A stretch of 54,084 nucleotides of DNA from Candidatus Krumholzibacteriia bacterium (GCA_046484865.1 JAWOID010000035.1:1-54084), one strand, 5' to 3'; counted from the first letter of the stretch, positions 18,139 through 28,276 are shown. Made by a program: numbers and translations. The notes: a model not told the origin generated them from the letters alone.

Positions 18139-19538
18139 CGCGCCTCCAGGGCGGCGGCCGCGGCGCCGGACATGCGCCCCCCGACCAGGGTCGCCACGGC
18201 GGTGGTCTCCAGGCGCTCTCCGCGCAGGCGCTGCGGGCACAGCCTCACCAGGCCGCCTTCCGTGCCCGCGTCCGGCGGCACCGAGACGCTGACGTAGTTA
18301 TCGGTGGTGGCCAGCCGCTGCCGGCCGTCGCCGGACACCGACTCGACCACGGCTTCCCGCCAGGTTCCCACCAGCGTCCGCGCGAAGGCGCGGCGCTTGC
18401 GGCGCCCCAGCGCGCGCAGGACCCGGCTGCGCTCGGTCGTGAGTTCCGCATGCACGCGCCCCGGCAGGGCGGCGGCCACCGTCCCCGGCCGGGGCGAGTA
18501 GCGGAAGACGTGCAGGTAGGTGAACGGCAGGTCGCCGACCATCGCCAGGGTGGCGGCGAACTCGGCGTCGGTCTCGCCCGGGAACCCCACGATGAGGTCG
18601 GCGCCGATGCCGCAGCCGGGCAGTCGCCGCGCCGCCCGCTCCACCGCCGAACGCGCCTGCGCGCCGCGGTAGGGGCGGCGCATGCGGCCGAGCACCGCGT
18701 CGTCACCGCTCTGCAGCGAGATGTGCAGGTGAGGACGCACCTGCGGGTGGTCCGCCATCAACGCCAGCAGGTCGCCGGTGACCTCGTCGGGATGGATGCT
18801 GCCCAGTCGCAGGCGCAGGTCCGGATGCGCCGCCACCGCCGCGCGCAGCAGACCGGTCAGCCCGTCTCGCTCGCGCCGGTCGCGGCCGTAACTGCCCAGA
18901 TGCACGCCCACGAGCACCAGTTCGCGGTAGCCGCTCGCCCGCAGGTTCGCCATCTGCGCCAGCACCTCGTCCGCCGCTCGCGAGCGGGCCGGGCCGCGCG
19001 CCTGCCAGATGGCGCAGTACGAGCAGCGCAGATCGCAACCGTCCTGCACCTTGACGAAGGCCCGGCTGCGTCCGGCGAACGAGGCGATCATCGGCGCGTG
19101 GAAGGGCTCGTCGCGCAGGTACTGCCGGCTGCTGACGACCTTGTCGTCGCCCCTGGCCACGGCGGGGAACCATTCCTCCACCGCGTCGCGGACCGCCGCT
19201 CCGACGACGGCATCCACCTCGGGCAGGCGCGCGAGAACCTGCGGCTGGGTCTGCGCGTAGCAGCCGACCACCACCACGCGGGCGAGGGGTTCGCGGCGGC
19301 GCACCTGGCGGGCCAGCCGCCGGCATTCCTGCTCCGCCCTGCTCGTGACGGTGCAGCTGTTGATGACGTAGACGTCGGCTGCGCTGTCCCACGGCACCGC
19401 CGTCACGGCGAACCGTTCGGCCAGGGCGGCCCGCAGCCCCTCGGTGTCCACCTGGTTGAGGCGGCAGCCGAGGGTGCGGAACGCCACGCGCGGCGAAGGG
19501 CCGGAGGTGGTGGCGGGGGCATGCCGGTGGCGGCTCAT
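18135..19538 (-). CDS. mtaB: tRNA threonylcarbamoyladenosine methylthiotransferase
   Basis: TLGCRLNQ, INSCTVT, RSRAFVKVQDGCDLRCSYC, GVHLGSYG, LHVFRYSPRPGT. Confidence 0.92.
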   Translation of the reverse strand: MSRHRHAPATTSGPSPRVAFRTLGCRLNQVDTEGLRAALAERFAVTAVPWDSAADVYVINSCTVTSRAEQECRRLARQVRRREPLARVVVVGCYAQTQPQVLARLPEVDAVVGAAVRDAVEEWFPAVARGDDKVVSSRQYLRDEPFHAPMIASFAGRSRAFVKVQDGCDLRCSYCAIWQARGPARSRAADEVLAQMANLRASGYRELVLVGVHLGSYGRDRRERDGLTGLLRAAVAAHPDLRLRLGSIHPDEVTGDLLALMADHPQVRPHLHISLQSGDDAVLGRMRRPYRGAQARSAVERAARRLPGCGIGADLIVGFPGETDAEFAATLAMVGDLPFTYLHVFRYSPRPGTVAAALPGRVHAELTTERSRVLRALGRRKRRAFARTLVGTWREAVVESVSGDGRQRLATTDNYVSVSVPPDAGTEGGLVRLCPQRLRGERLETTAVATLVGGRMSGAAAAALEAR

Positions 19539-19602
19539 GCGGCTCGTCCCTTCCGGGCGCCGGGCCGGCTGGGCGCCGGCCGAACGCACCGGTCGAATGC
19601 GA

Positions 19603-19630
19603 GCGGGGGGTGGGTCGGCCCACCCCCCGC
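19603..19630 (-). terminator. Strong hairpin downstream of rpsA
   Basis: Perfect 12-bp stem GCGGGGGGTGGG/CCCACCCCCCGC with a 4-nt loop; no clear U tract. Confidence 0.55.
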
Positions 19631-19654
19631 GACGACCATCGGGCGCCGGTCGGC

Positions 19655-21592
19655 TCAGCTGGCGTCGACGTCGCTGTAGTCGTCTTCCGTCACGGTCGGA
19701 CGCGGCTCGCCCTCGCCGCGCGCCGCCGCGGCCTCGGCCTCGCGGTCCGCCTGGACCACGTCCTCGAGCACCGGGTGATTCGCCACGAACTCCTCCGTGG
19801 CCTCGTCGCCGAGTTCCTTGAGTCGCTCGGCCCCGGAGAGGACGATGCGCCGGTTCTCGACGTCCATCTTGATCACCTTCAGGTCGAGCTTCTCCCCCTC
19901 CTTGAAGTGGTACTGGGGCTTCTCGATCTTCGGGATGCCGAGATGGCCGAGCGGCACGAAGCCCTCGAGGTCGTTCTCCAGCTCCACGATCACGCCGTGG
20001 TCCAGCAGGCGCGAGATCACGCCGTCCATGTTCTGGCCCACGGGGTAACGCTCGGCCAGGTACGGCCAGGGGTTCTCCTCGAGCTGCTTGATGCCCAGGC
20101 TGATGCGGCGCTTCTGCGAGTCGATGTCGAGGATCTGCACCGCCACCGAGTCGCCCCGCTTGAGGATCTCCTTGGGGTGCCGCACGCGCTTGGTCCAGCT
20201 CATGTCGCTGATGTGGACCAGGCCGTCGATCCCCTCCTCGACCTCCACGAAGGCGCCGAAGTCGGTGAGGTTGCGCACCTTGCCCTCGATGATGGTGCCG
20301 GACGGGTAGCGATCGGCCAGGGTGAGCCAGGGATCGGCCTCGGTCTGCTTGAGACCCAGGCTGATCTTCTCGGCCTCCTTGTCGATCTTCAGCACCATCA
20401 CGTCCACCTCGTCGCCGATGGAGACGACCTTGGACGGGTGCTTGATGTGGCGGGTCCAGCTCATCTCGCTGATGTGGATGAGACCCTCCACGCCCTTCTC
20501 CAGCTCCACGAAGGCGCCGTAGTTCGTGATGCTCACGACCCGGCCGCGCACGATGCTCCCCTCGGGGTACTTGCGCTCCACGTCCTCCCAGGGGTACGGC
20601 TGCAGCTGCTTCAGACCGAGGCTGATGCGCTCGCGCGCCTCCTCGAAATCGAGGACCTTGACCTCGATCTCCTGGCCGATCTGCACCACCTCGCTGGGAT
20701 GCGAAACGCGGCCCCACGAAAGGTCGGTGATGTGCAGCAGACCATCGATGCCGCCCAGGTCCACGAACGCGCCGAAGTCGGTGATGTTCTTCACCACGCC
20801 CGTGCGCACCTGGCCCTTCTCCAGCTCGGCGATGAGGTTCTTCTTCTTCTCCTCACGCTCCTGCTCGAGCACGATGCGGCGGCTGACGACGACGTTGCGG
20901 CGCCGCTTGTTCTTCTTGATGATCCGGCACTCGATCTCCTGGCCGATCATGTCCTCCAGGTTCGGCACCTGGCGCAGCGCCACCTGGGAACCGGGCAGGA
21001 ACGTGTCCACGCCCCAGAGCTTGACCACCAGTCCGCCCTTGATGCGCCGATCGACCGTACCCTCGACCACCTCGCCCGTCTCGTGCGCCGTCTTGATCCG
21101 GTCCCAGACCTTCAGGAAGTCGGCGCGCTCCTTGGAGAGCGTGACCAGTCCATCCTGATTCTCTAGCTTCTCCAGAAAGACGTCGTACTCGTCGCCCTCG
21201 TTGATCTCGGCTCCGCCGAACTCCTCCAGGGGGATGACGCCTTCGCTCTTGAAGCCGATGTCCAGCAGGACCTCGTTCTCGCGCACCTCGACGACGGTGC
21301 CCTTGAGGATCTGTCCTTCCTGGATCTCGGTCAGGGTCTCCTCGTACTGGTTGATGAGGGAGAGCATCTGGTCCGCGTCCAGATCGAACTCCTCCTCCTC
21401 CAGGTAATCGAGGTTGACGATGGCGGACTCGTCGTAGCTCGTGGTGAGCTTCGGGCCCTCGTTCTGCGTGTCGACGCGCGCCGAGCCGGTGCCCCGCTGG
21501 GAACCGGCATGCCCGGCCTTCTCGGTGGCCGACGCGCGGTCCTGCGCGTCCTGACGCCCCTCGTCGGTGCCGGGGTTGGGTGGATTGGTCAT
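19655..21592 (-). CDS. rpsA: 30S ribosomal protein S1
   Basis: Six S1 repeats (DFGAFVDLGGIDGLLHI, YGAFVELEKGVEGLIHISEMSW and others); TAAGGAGG RBS. Confidence 0.97.
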   Translation of the reverse strand: MTNPPNPGTDEGRQDAQDRASATEKAGHAGSQRGTGSARVDTQNEGPKLTTSYDESAIVNLDYLEEEEFDLDADQMLSLINQYEETLTEIQEGQILKGTVVEVRENEVLLDIGFKSEGVIPLEEFGGAEINEGDEYDVFLEKLENQDGLVTLSKERADFLKVWDRIKTAHETGEVVEGTVDRRIKGGLVVKLWGVDTFLPGSQVALRQVPNLEDMIGQEIECRIIKKNKRRRNVVVSRRIVLEQEREEKKKNLIAELEKGQVRTGVVKNITDFGAFVDLGGIDGLLHITDLSWGRVSHPSEVVQIGQEIEVKVLDFEEARERISLGLKQLQPYPWEDVERKYPEGSIVRGRVVSITNYGAFVELEKGVEGLIHISEMSWTRHIKHPSKVVSIGDEVDVMVLKIDKEAEKISLGLKQTEADPWLTLADRYPSGTIIEGKVRNLTDFGAFVEVEEGIDGLVHISDMSWTKRVRHPKEILKRGDSVAVQILDIDSQKRRISLGIKQLEENPWPYLAERYPVGQNMDGVISRLLDHGVIVELENDLEGFVPLGHLGIPKIEKPQYHFKEGEKLDLKVIKMDVENRRIVLSGAERLKELGDEATEEFVANHPVLEDVVQADREAEAAAARGEGEPRPTVTEDDYSDVDAS

Positions 21593-21655
21593 GTTCCGCT
21601 AGCCTCCTTAGGGACATACGAAATCGACCAGACCTCGCGGCCTGGCGGACTCGCA

Positions 21656-21684
21656 AATATACACGGCTGGGCTGTTCCTGGCAA
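21656..21684 (-). promoter_or_regulatory. sigma70-type promoter of rpsA
   Basis: TTGCCA - 17 bp - TATATT. Confidence 0.7.
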
Positions 21685-21768
21685 GGCTTCTGCGGCGGAG
21701 CGCCGGGGGGTCCGCCCGCTGCCGCCGCAGCGCCGGGGGCCGATCGGGCCGGTCCGCCCGCCGAGGGC

Positions 21769-23322
21769 TCAGGCGGCCTCCGGCGGCGGCGGCTCGTGGG
21801 AACCGAAGAGGCGCTCGATCCGCGGGGCGAAACGGCGCGCCAGCTCCGCTTCCATGGCGGTCTCGAACGCCGTCCGGGGCCGTTCTCCGTAGGAGCGGGC
21901 CTGCAGTTCCCGGAAAGCCCCCTCGCACAGCAGCGCGATGCGCTTGCTCACCTCTCGCCGGTCATGGTGCCGTTGCAGGTGCGGCAGCGCGAACAGCCGC
22001 AGCACCGGCCCGAAGCGGACCTCGAGCGGCGATTCGGTGGAGCCGCCCGGTCGCAGCCCCCAGGTGCCGCGGATGAACATCGGCAGGATGGCGGCACCGG
22101 TCTCCTGGGCGAGGATGCCGATGCCGTTCTTCACCGGCCCCGGCCGTCCGACCGGACGGCGGGTCCCCTCGGGGAACATGAAGATGTTGCCGCCGGACCG
22201 CAGGATCTCGCGGGCCTTCTCGAACGCGCGCGCATCGTATCCCTTGCGGCGGATGGGGATCGTGTCCAGCCAGTTGAAGAACGTGCGCAGCGGACCGCGG
22301 TGCAGTTCCTCCTTCGCCAGCGTGTGCACCGGGTGGCGCCAGAACGTCGAGCCCACGAACGGCGGGTCGTACCAGTGCACGTGGTTGCAGATCATGATCA
22401 GTCCACGCGGTACGGAACGGCCCTCGTACCCTACCTGGCGCAGACCGAAGAACGCGGCGGCCGCGTGGAAGACGGTGAACGCCAGCCGGTAATGCCCTGG
22501 ACACTCGCGCCACCCCGCCTCCCGGTCGGTGTCCAGGAGCGCGTCCAGGTAAGGGTTGACGAGACAGGCCTCGGCCACGTGCTCGACCTGCTGCGCCAGA
22601 CCCCAGTCGCTGGTGTCCAGCACGATGGCGTCCGGCGAGACGGTCAGCGGACTCTCCGTGCGGCTGCGATCCTGCTCGTCGCGCCCGGCCAGTTCCCGCG
22701 CGACTTCCTGCCGGTCCACCGGCGCGCCGCGCTCGCGGAACTGCCGGAACCGCCGCTCGACCCGCGCCGCCAGCGAAGCGTCCAGATAGATCTTCGCCGT
22801 CGCCAGCGGGAACACCACGCTGCCGATGTCGCGCCCCTCCATGACCACGCCGCCGCGCCGGCCCAGCTCGCGCTGGCGCTCCACCATCTCGCGCCGCACC
22901 TCCGCGTGCGCGCTCACGGCGGAGACGGCGCGGTCCACATCCGGGGAGCGGATGCCGCGCGAGACGTCCTCGCCCTGCCACAGGACCGTCGCCTCGCGCT
23001 CGCCCGGTCGCAGGTCCAGCCGCGCCGTCTCGAGCAAACGGGCCAGGCCCGGACCGTCGGCGACGTCCATGCCGGCGCGCAGCGCCGCCAGGGTGAGCGC
23101 CCGGTACATGGCGCCGCTGTCTACGTGGAGCAGCTCGAACCGCCGCGCCAGCGCGCGGGCCGTGGTCGACTTGCCCGACCCCGATGGGCCGTCGATGGCG
23201 ACGACCGCGTCGCGCGGCAGACGCACGCCCGAACCGCGCACGGTGGCGGCGTCGGGCATCCGCACCAGCATGGCGGCCGCCGGGTCGGCGATCGGCCGCG
23301 GTGACGGGTCCTCGGGCTTCAT
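21769..23322 (-). CDS. cmk: Cytidylate kinase fused to a 1-acyl-glycerol-3-phosphate acyltransferase (PlsC) domain
   Basis: AIDGPSGSGKST, DSGAMYRA, EGRDIGSVVFP, followed in frame by NHVHWYD and FPEGTR. Confidence 0.9.
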   Translation of the reverse strand: MKPEDPSPRPIADPAAAMLVRMPDAATVRGSGVRLPRDAVVAIDGPSGSGKSTTARALARRFELLHVDSGAMYRALTLAALRAGMDVADGPGLARLLETARLDLRPGEREATVLWQGEDVSRGIRSPDVDRAVSAVSAHAEVRREMVERQRELGRRGGVVMEGRDIGSVVFPLATAKIYLDASLAARVERRFRQFRERGAPVDRQEVARELAGRDEQDRSRTESPLTVSPDAIVLDTSDWGLAQQVEHVAEACLVNPYLDALLDTDREAGWRECPGHYRLAFTVFHAAAAFFGLRQVGYEGRSVPRGLIMICNHVHWYDPPFVGSTFWRHPVHTLAKEELHRGPLRTFFNWLDTIPIRRKGYDARAFEKAREILRSGGNIFMFPEGTRRPVGRPGPVKNGIGILAQETGAAILPMFIRGTWGLRPGGSTESPLEVRFGPVLRLFALPHLQRHHDRREVSKRIALLCEGAFRELQARSYGERPRTAFETAMEAELARRFAPRIERLFGSHEPPPPEAA

Positions 23323-24425
23323 GCGAGGATCTCGCCCAGCGCCTCGACGCAGCGCTGGTTCTCGGGCTCGGTGCCGACGCTGATGCGCATGGCGCCGTCG
23401 CCGAGGCCGAAGGAGTCCATCGGCCGGACGATCACGCCGCGACGCAGCAGCTCGCGGGTGACGGCGGTGGCGCTCCCCTCGCAGCGGACCAGCAGGAAGT
23501 TGGTCTGCGACGGAACCACCTCCAGGCCCAGCTCCGCCAGGCGCTCCGCCAGCCGGTCCAGGCGTTCGCGGTTGCGACGGCAGCGCTCGGGCACGGCGTC
23601 CCAGCGCTCGAGGCAGGCCAGAGCGGCCGCCTGCGCCAGCGAGTTCACGTTGAACGGCTCGCGCGTCTTCTGCACCTCCGCGATCAGACCGGGATGCCCC
23701 ACGCCGTAGCCCACGCGCAGACCGGCCAGGGAGTGGATCTTGCTGAACGAGCGCAGGACCACCAGGTTCGGGTGCTCCGCCAGCATGGGGATGGTCTGCG
23801 GGTAGTCGTCCGCCACCACGTACTCGTAGTAGGCCTCGTCGACAGCCACGATCACCTGCCGCGGCACCGCCGCCAGCAGCGACTCGAACTCGGCGCGCGT
23901 GCTGTAGGTGCCGGTCGGGTTGTTCGGATTGCAGACGATGACGAGCTTGGTGCGCTCGTCCACGGCCCGCCCCATGGCGGCGAGGTCGAGGCGGTCGTCC
24001 GCCAGCGGGACCGGCCGGCCGCAGTCGTAGTGCACTCCGCAGGTGATGGGGTAGACCACGAAGCTGTGCTCGCTGTAGACGACGTTCTCACCCGGCGAGA
24101 CCAGCGCCCGGATGAGCATGTCGATGACCTCGTTGCTGCCGTTGCCGAGCAGGATGCCGCCGGGTTCCACACCCAGATGCTCCGCCAGGCGCCGCGTCAG
24201 GCGGTAGGCCGAACCGTCCGGATAGCGGTTCACGTCGCTCGCCGCGGCGCGGATCGCCGCGAGCACCTCGGGCAGCGGTTCGTCGGGATTCTCGTTGCTC
24301 GCCAGCTTCACGACGTCGCTGAGCCCCAGCTCGCGCTGCACCTCCTCGACCGGCTTGCCGGGCACGTAGGCACGGGTGGCGAGGATTCCCGGACGGAACA
24401 GGGTCTTGAAGTCCACGCTGGTCAC
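23319..24425 (-). CDS. hisC: Histidinol-phosphate aminotransferase
   Basis: YVPGKP, KLASNENP, CNPNNPTG, DEAY, RSFSKIHSLAGLRVGY. Confidence 0.93.
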   Translation of the reverse strand: MTSVDFKTLFRPGILATRAYVPGKPVEEVQRELGLSDVVKLASNENPDEPLPEVLAAIRAAASDVNRYPDGSAYRLTRRLAEHLGVEPGGILLGNGSNEVIDMLIRALVSPGENVVYSEHSFVVYPITCGVHYDCGRPVPLADDRLDLAAMGRAVDERTKLVIVCNPNNPTGTYSTRAEFESLLAAVPRQVIVAVDEAYYEYVVADDYPQTIPMLAEHPNLVVLRSFSKIHSLAGLRVGYGVGHPGLIAEVQKTREPFNVNSLAQAAALACLERWDAVPERCRRNRERLDRLAERLAELGLEVVPSQTNFLLVRCEGSATAVTRELLRRGVIVRPMDSFGLGDGAMRISVGTEPENQRCVEALGEILA

Positions 24426-25291
24426 CTCCCGGCGCGGTCCCGCCGCGCCCTTTCGTCGGCACCGGGGTCACCCCTGCCCGGTCGCGCGACTCCCGCGGCC
24501 GATCGCAGGGCAGCCTCCTCGGCCGCGGTGAGCCGGCGGAAACCGCCCTCGTGCAGCCGTCCCAGTTCCACCGGCCCGACTGCCTCGCGCTCCAGCGAGA
24601 CCACCCGGTTTCCCACCGCCGCGAACATGCGGCGGATCTGGCGGTTGCGGCCCTCGTGCAGGTCCAGCAGCCAGTGCCGTCCGTCGCCGGGCGCGTCGAC
24701 GTGCAGCCGGCAGGGACGCAGCCGGCGGCCATCCAGCTCCAGCTCGCCTCGCGTGAGTCGGCGCGCGTCGTTCTCGCCGAGCGGACGCTGGCACACGACC
24801 CGGTACCGCTTCCAGACCCCGGTCGACGGCCGCTGGAGCGCCTGGCCGAGATCGCCGTCGTCCGTCCAGAGCAGCAAACCGCTCGTGTCCGCGTCGAGAC
24901 GCCCCACGGGCGTGAATCGAGGCGGCAAACCGGCAGCGTCGCGGAACTCGGCGAGTCCGCTCTGTCCGCCCTGTGGCTTCAGGGTGGAAACCACGCCCTT
25001 CGGCTTGTGGAAAGCGTAGACCCGGAAGTCCTGCGGCAACTCCACCGGCTCGCGGTCGACGCTCACGCGCTGTCGGCGCGGGTCCACCCGCCGGCCGAGG
25101 TCGGTGACCACCTCGTCGTCCACGCGCACGCGCCCGGAGGTGATCAGGGTCTCCACCGCCCGGCGGCTGCCCAGCCCCGCGCGCGCGAGCAGTCGGTTCA
25201 GACGCAGGTCGGTCGCCGCCGGCTCCCCCGGCGACCCGGTGGGTCCCGCGGCAGCCCGCGGGCGGCGGCGGCGGCGGTCGTCAGGCGTCAC
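24422..25291 (-). CDS. rluB: rRNA pseudouridine synthase, RluB/RsuA family
   Basis: S4 domain RLNRLLARAGLGSRR, VGRLDADTSGLL, EGRNRQIRRM; follows scpAB; GTG start inferred. Confidence 0.85.
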   Translation of the reverse strand: MTPDDRRRRRPRAAAGPTGSPGEPAATDLRLNRLLARAGLGSRRAVETLITSGRVRVDDEVVTDLGRRVDPRRQRVSVDREPVELPQDFRVYAFHKPKGVVSTLKPQGGQSGLAEFRDAAGLPPRFTPVGRLDADTSGLLLWTDDGDLGQALQRPSTGVWKRYRVVCQRPLGENDARRLTRGELELDGRRLRPCRLHVDAPGDGRHWLLDLHEGRNRQIRRMFAAVGNRVVSLEREAVGPVELGRLHEGGFRRLTAAEEAALRSAAGVARPGRGDPGADERARRDRAGR

Positions 25292-26045
25292 GCTCCCGCT
25301 CCGGCTCGGGATCCGGCGCGGCCGCCCGGTCCTCCGTGGGGTCGGCCGGCGTCTCGGCGGGCTCCTGCCCGCCGGCGGTCGTCTCGATGGCGGCGGCATC
25401 CGGCGCCGGTTCCGGCTCCTCGGCCGCGTCTTCCGGCTCGGCGGTCGGATCGGGGTCGCGCAACTCGTCGATCTCCTCGTCGGAGATCTCGGCTCCCAGC
25501 TGACTGGCGAACGCCCGCAGGCCTTCACGGTCCTCCATCACGGTCGCCAGGTCCGGCAGCGGCGGCAGTTGCTGCAGGCCGGCCAGGCCGAGATGGTTCA
25601 GGAAGTCCCGGGTGGTGCCGTACAGCAGGGCGTGCCCGACACTCTCCGATCGTCCGACCACCGTCACCAGGTTGCGCTCGGAGAGGGTGGCGAGGGCGCC
25701 GGAGCTCTGGACGCCGCGGATCTCGTCGATCTCCAGGCGCGTGATGGGCTGACGGTAGGCGACGATGGCGAGCACCTCCAACCCGGCGCGGGAGAGCCGA
25801 GCGTACCGGCGTCCCTTGAAGAGTTGCTCCACGATGGGGGCGAACTCGGGCCGGGTGGCGATCTGGTAGCCGCCCCCGAACTCGACCACGGTGAACGACC
25901 GCTCCTGGGCCAGATACTCCGCCTCCAGTTCGGCCAGCCCTGCCTTGATCTCCCCGGCCTGCGCCTCGGGAAAGAGCTTGCGCAGCCGCGCCAGGCTCAG
26001 CGGCGAGTCGGTGGCGAACAGCAGCGCTTCGAGCTCCTGCTTCAC
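25281..26045 (-). CDS. scpB: SMC-Scp complex subunit ScpB
   Basis: LEALLFA, LSRAGLEVLAIVAYRQPITR, LYGTT..FL. Confidence 0.93.
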   Translation of the reverse strand: MKQELEALLFATDSPLSLARLRKLFPEAQAGEIKAGLAELEAEYLAQERSFTVVEFGGGYQIATRPEFAPIVEQLFKGRRYARLSRAGLEVLAIVAYRQPITRLEIDEIRGVQSSGALATLSERNLVTVVGRSESVGHALLYGTTRDFLNHLGLAGLQQLPPLPDLATVMEDREGLRAFASQLGAEISDEEIDELRDPDPTAEPEDAAEEPEPAPDAAAIETTAGGQEPAETPADPTEDRAAAPDPEPERERDA

Positions 26046-27085
26046 GCCTCGGCCTCCAGGCTGCGCAGCGCGCCGGCGGGCTCGCAGGCCTCGCCGTCAG
26101 CCTCGGCGCCGCCCTCGTCGTCGTCCGTCATCCGGGCGGCGACCACCTCCTCGACGACGTCCCCGCCCGCCAGTCCTCGCGCGGCGGTGAGCGCGGACCA
26201 GTCGTCGCCGTCGTCGGCCGCGTCGTCGCGCTGGCGCGGCTGCACCCAGATGGGACCCCACGGCTCCGTCTGCAGGAAGAGCGCCTCGCCGCGCTTGATC
26301 ATCTCGAGGATGGCGATGAAGGTGACCACCACCTCCATCTTGATGGCGTCGTCCGCGAACAGCTCCTCGAAGTGCACGGTGGCCTGCTGGCGGAAGCGCT
26401 CGCGGATCAGCTCGATCTTCTCCTCCACCGTGTACGGCTCCCGCTGCACCTGATGCACGGGCGGAGCCTGCAGCCGATCGAAGATGCCGCCGAGGGCCGC
26501 GAGCAGCTCGAACATGTCGATGCGCAGCTCGGGCTCGAGGTCCATCCGGTCGACGAACGGATACCGGGCTGTCCGCACGAAGTACTGCCGCCGGTCCTCC
26601 TCGCGACCGCGGAGCGCCTCGGCCGCCTGCTTGAAGCGCTTGTACTCGAGCAGGCGCCGCACCAGTTCGGCGCGCGGATCCTCAACGCCCTCGTCGTCCT
26701 GCTCCTCTCCGTGCCGCGGCATCAACATCTTCATCTTGATCACGAGCAGCGTGGCCGCCATGGCAATGAACTCGCCCGCGCGATCGAGGGAGATGCTCCG
26801 GATGATCTCCACGTGAGCGAGGAACTGCTCCGTGATGTGGGCGATGGGGATGTCGTAGACGTCGATCTCGTCCTTCTGGATCAGGTAGAGCAGCAGGTCC
26901 ATGGGACCCTGGAAGTCGGCCAGCTCGACCTGGTACGCGTCGCTCGTGCGGAAGTACTCCAGCTCCGGCGGGAGCTGGTCCAGCGACCAGACCGGCTCGA
27001 CCGGCGGTGCGGACGGATCGGCCGGGGCGAGGATCGCGGGACCGGCGGTGTCCCGGGCGGTGGGTTCGTGGCGGAGTCGGATCAC
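26042..27085 (-). CDS. scpA: Segregation and condensation protein A (kleisin)
   Basis: FQGPMDLLLYLI, EFIAMAATL, DPRAELVRRLLEY, VVTFIAILE. Confidence 0.93.
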   Translation of the reverse strand: MIRLRHEPTARDTAGPAILAPADPSAPPVEPVWSLDQLPPELEYFRTSDAYQVELADFQGPMDLLLYLIQKDEIDVYDIPIAHITEQFLAHVEIIRSISLDRAGEFIAMAATLLVIKMKMLMPRHGEEQDDEGVEDPRAELVRRLLEYKRFKQAAEALRGREEDRRQYFVRTARYPFVDRMDLEPELRIDMFELLAALGGIFDRLQAPPVHQVQREPYTVEEKIELIRERFRQQATVHFEELFADDAIKMEVVVTFIAILEMIKRGEALFLQTEPWGPIWVQPRQRDDAADDGDDWSALTAARGLAGGDVVEEVVAARMTDDDEGGAEADGEACEPAGALRSLEAEA

Positions 27086-27137
27086 GCTCAGCTCCTTCTG
27101 ACGCCCGGGCGCGCAGACGCCCGGGTGGGACCGACGG

Positions 27138-28139
27138 CTAGCCGATGCGCATGGCCTCGCGCACCGCTGCCATGGTGGCGCGCGCGGCCTCGCGAGCGCG
27201 ACGGCATCCCTCCTGGATCAGCTCGTCGAGCTCTTCGGGCCGCGCCTCGTAGCGGGCCCGCCGTTCGCGCAGCGGCTCGAAGTAGGCGATCACGCCCGCA
27301 GCCAGGCGCTTCTTGCAGTCGACACAGCCGCGAGCGGCCGTGCTGCACTCGAAGGCGGTCAGCTCCGCCTCCTCCGGCATGAACTTCCGGTACCAGTGAT
27401 AGATGGCGCAGACCTCGGGATTTCCCGGGTCGGAGCGGCGCTTGCGTGCGGGATCGGTGAACGCCGGCATGATGGCGGCACGGATCTCGTCCGGGCTGGC
27501 GGAGATCTCGATGGTGTTGCCCAGCGACTTGCTCATGCGCCGGCCGTCGGTGCCCGGGAAGCGGGCGAACTGGGTGAGCAGCGGCTCGGGCTCCGGCAGC
27601 GTCTCGCCGAAGAGGTGGTTGAAGCGTCGCGCCATCTCCCGCGTCAGCTCGATGTGCGGAACCTGGTCCTCGCCCACCGGCACCGCGTGGGCGCGGTAGG
27701 CCAGGATGTCGGCGGCCTGCAGCACCGGGTAGCCCAGGTGGCCGTAGCTGAACTCGGCGCCGAGGCCGAGATCGCGCAGCTGTTCCTTGAACGTGGGGTT
27801 GCGCTGGAGGCGGCCCATGGTGACGAACATGCCCAGCAGCAGGTACAGCTCCGCGTGCTCCTTGATGCGCGACTGGACGAACAGGACCGAGCGCTCCGGG
27901 TCGAGTCCGGCCCCCAGCCAGTCGAGGAACATCTCGCGGGTGAGGTGCGCCACCTCGTGGGCCTTCTCCACGGCGGTGGTCAGCACGTGCCAGTCGGCGA
28001 CCATGAAGTAGCAGCGGTACTCGTCCTGCAGGCGCACCCAGTTCTCCAGGGCGCCGGTGTAGTTGCCCCAGTGCAGGCGCCCGGTGGGCCGATTGCCGGA
28101 AAGGATGATCTTTCGCTCTTCCTTGCTCGTCTCGTCCAT
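27138..28139 (-). CDS. trpS: Tryptophan--tRNA ligase
   Basis: SGNRPTGRLHWGN, YPVLQAADIL, VPVGEDQ, RMSKS. Confidence 0.96.
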   Translation of the reverse strand: MDETSKEERKIILSGNRPTGRLHWGNYTGALENWVRLQDEYRCYFMVADWHVLTTAVEKAHEVAHLTREMFLDWLGAGLDPERSVLFVQSRIKEHAELYLLLGMFVTMGRLQRNPTFKEQLRDLGLGAEFSYGHLGYPVLQAADILAYRAHAVPVGEDQVPHIELTREMARRFNHLFGETLPEPEPLLTQFARFPGTDGRRMSKSLGNTIEISASPDEIRAAIMPAFTDPARKRRSDPGNPEVCAIYHWYRKFMPEEAELTAFECSTAARGCVDCKKRLAAGVIAYFEPLRERRARYEARPEELDELIQEGCRRAREAARATMAAVREAMRIG

Positions 28140-28247
28140 GGTGCCTTTCCGCGCTGTCATCGTCCGCATGGCGTCGCCGTGGCTCCGGCCGGCGGCGGCA
28201 GCGTCCGCACGAAGCCGTGGCGCCGTTCTCGCCGTCCGCCGGCGGGA

Positions 28248-28276
28248 ACAGTACCACCGCCCCCGGGGGATGTCAA
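28248..28276 (-). promoter_or_regulatory. sigma70-type promoter of the trpS operon
   Basis: TTGACA - 17 bp - TACTGT with an extended TG. Confidence 0.65.
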
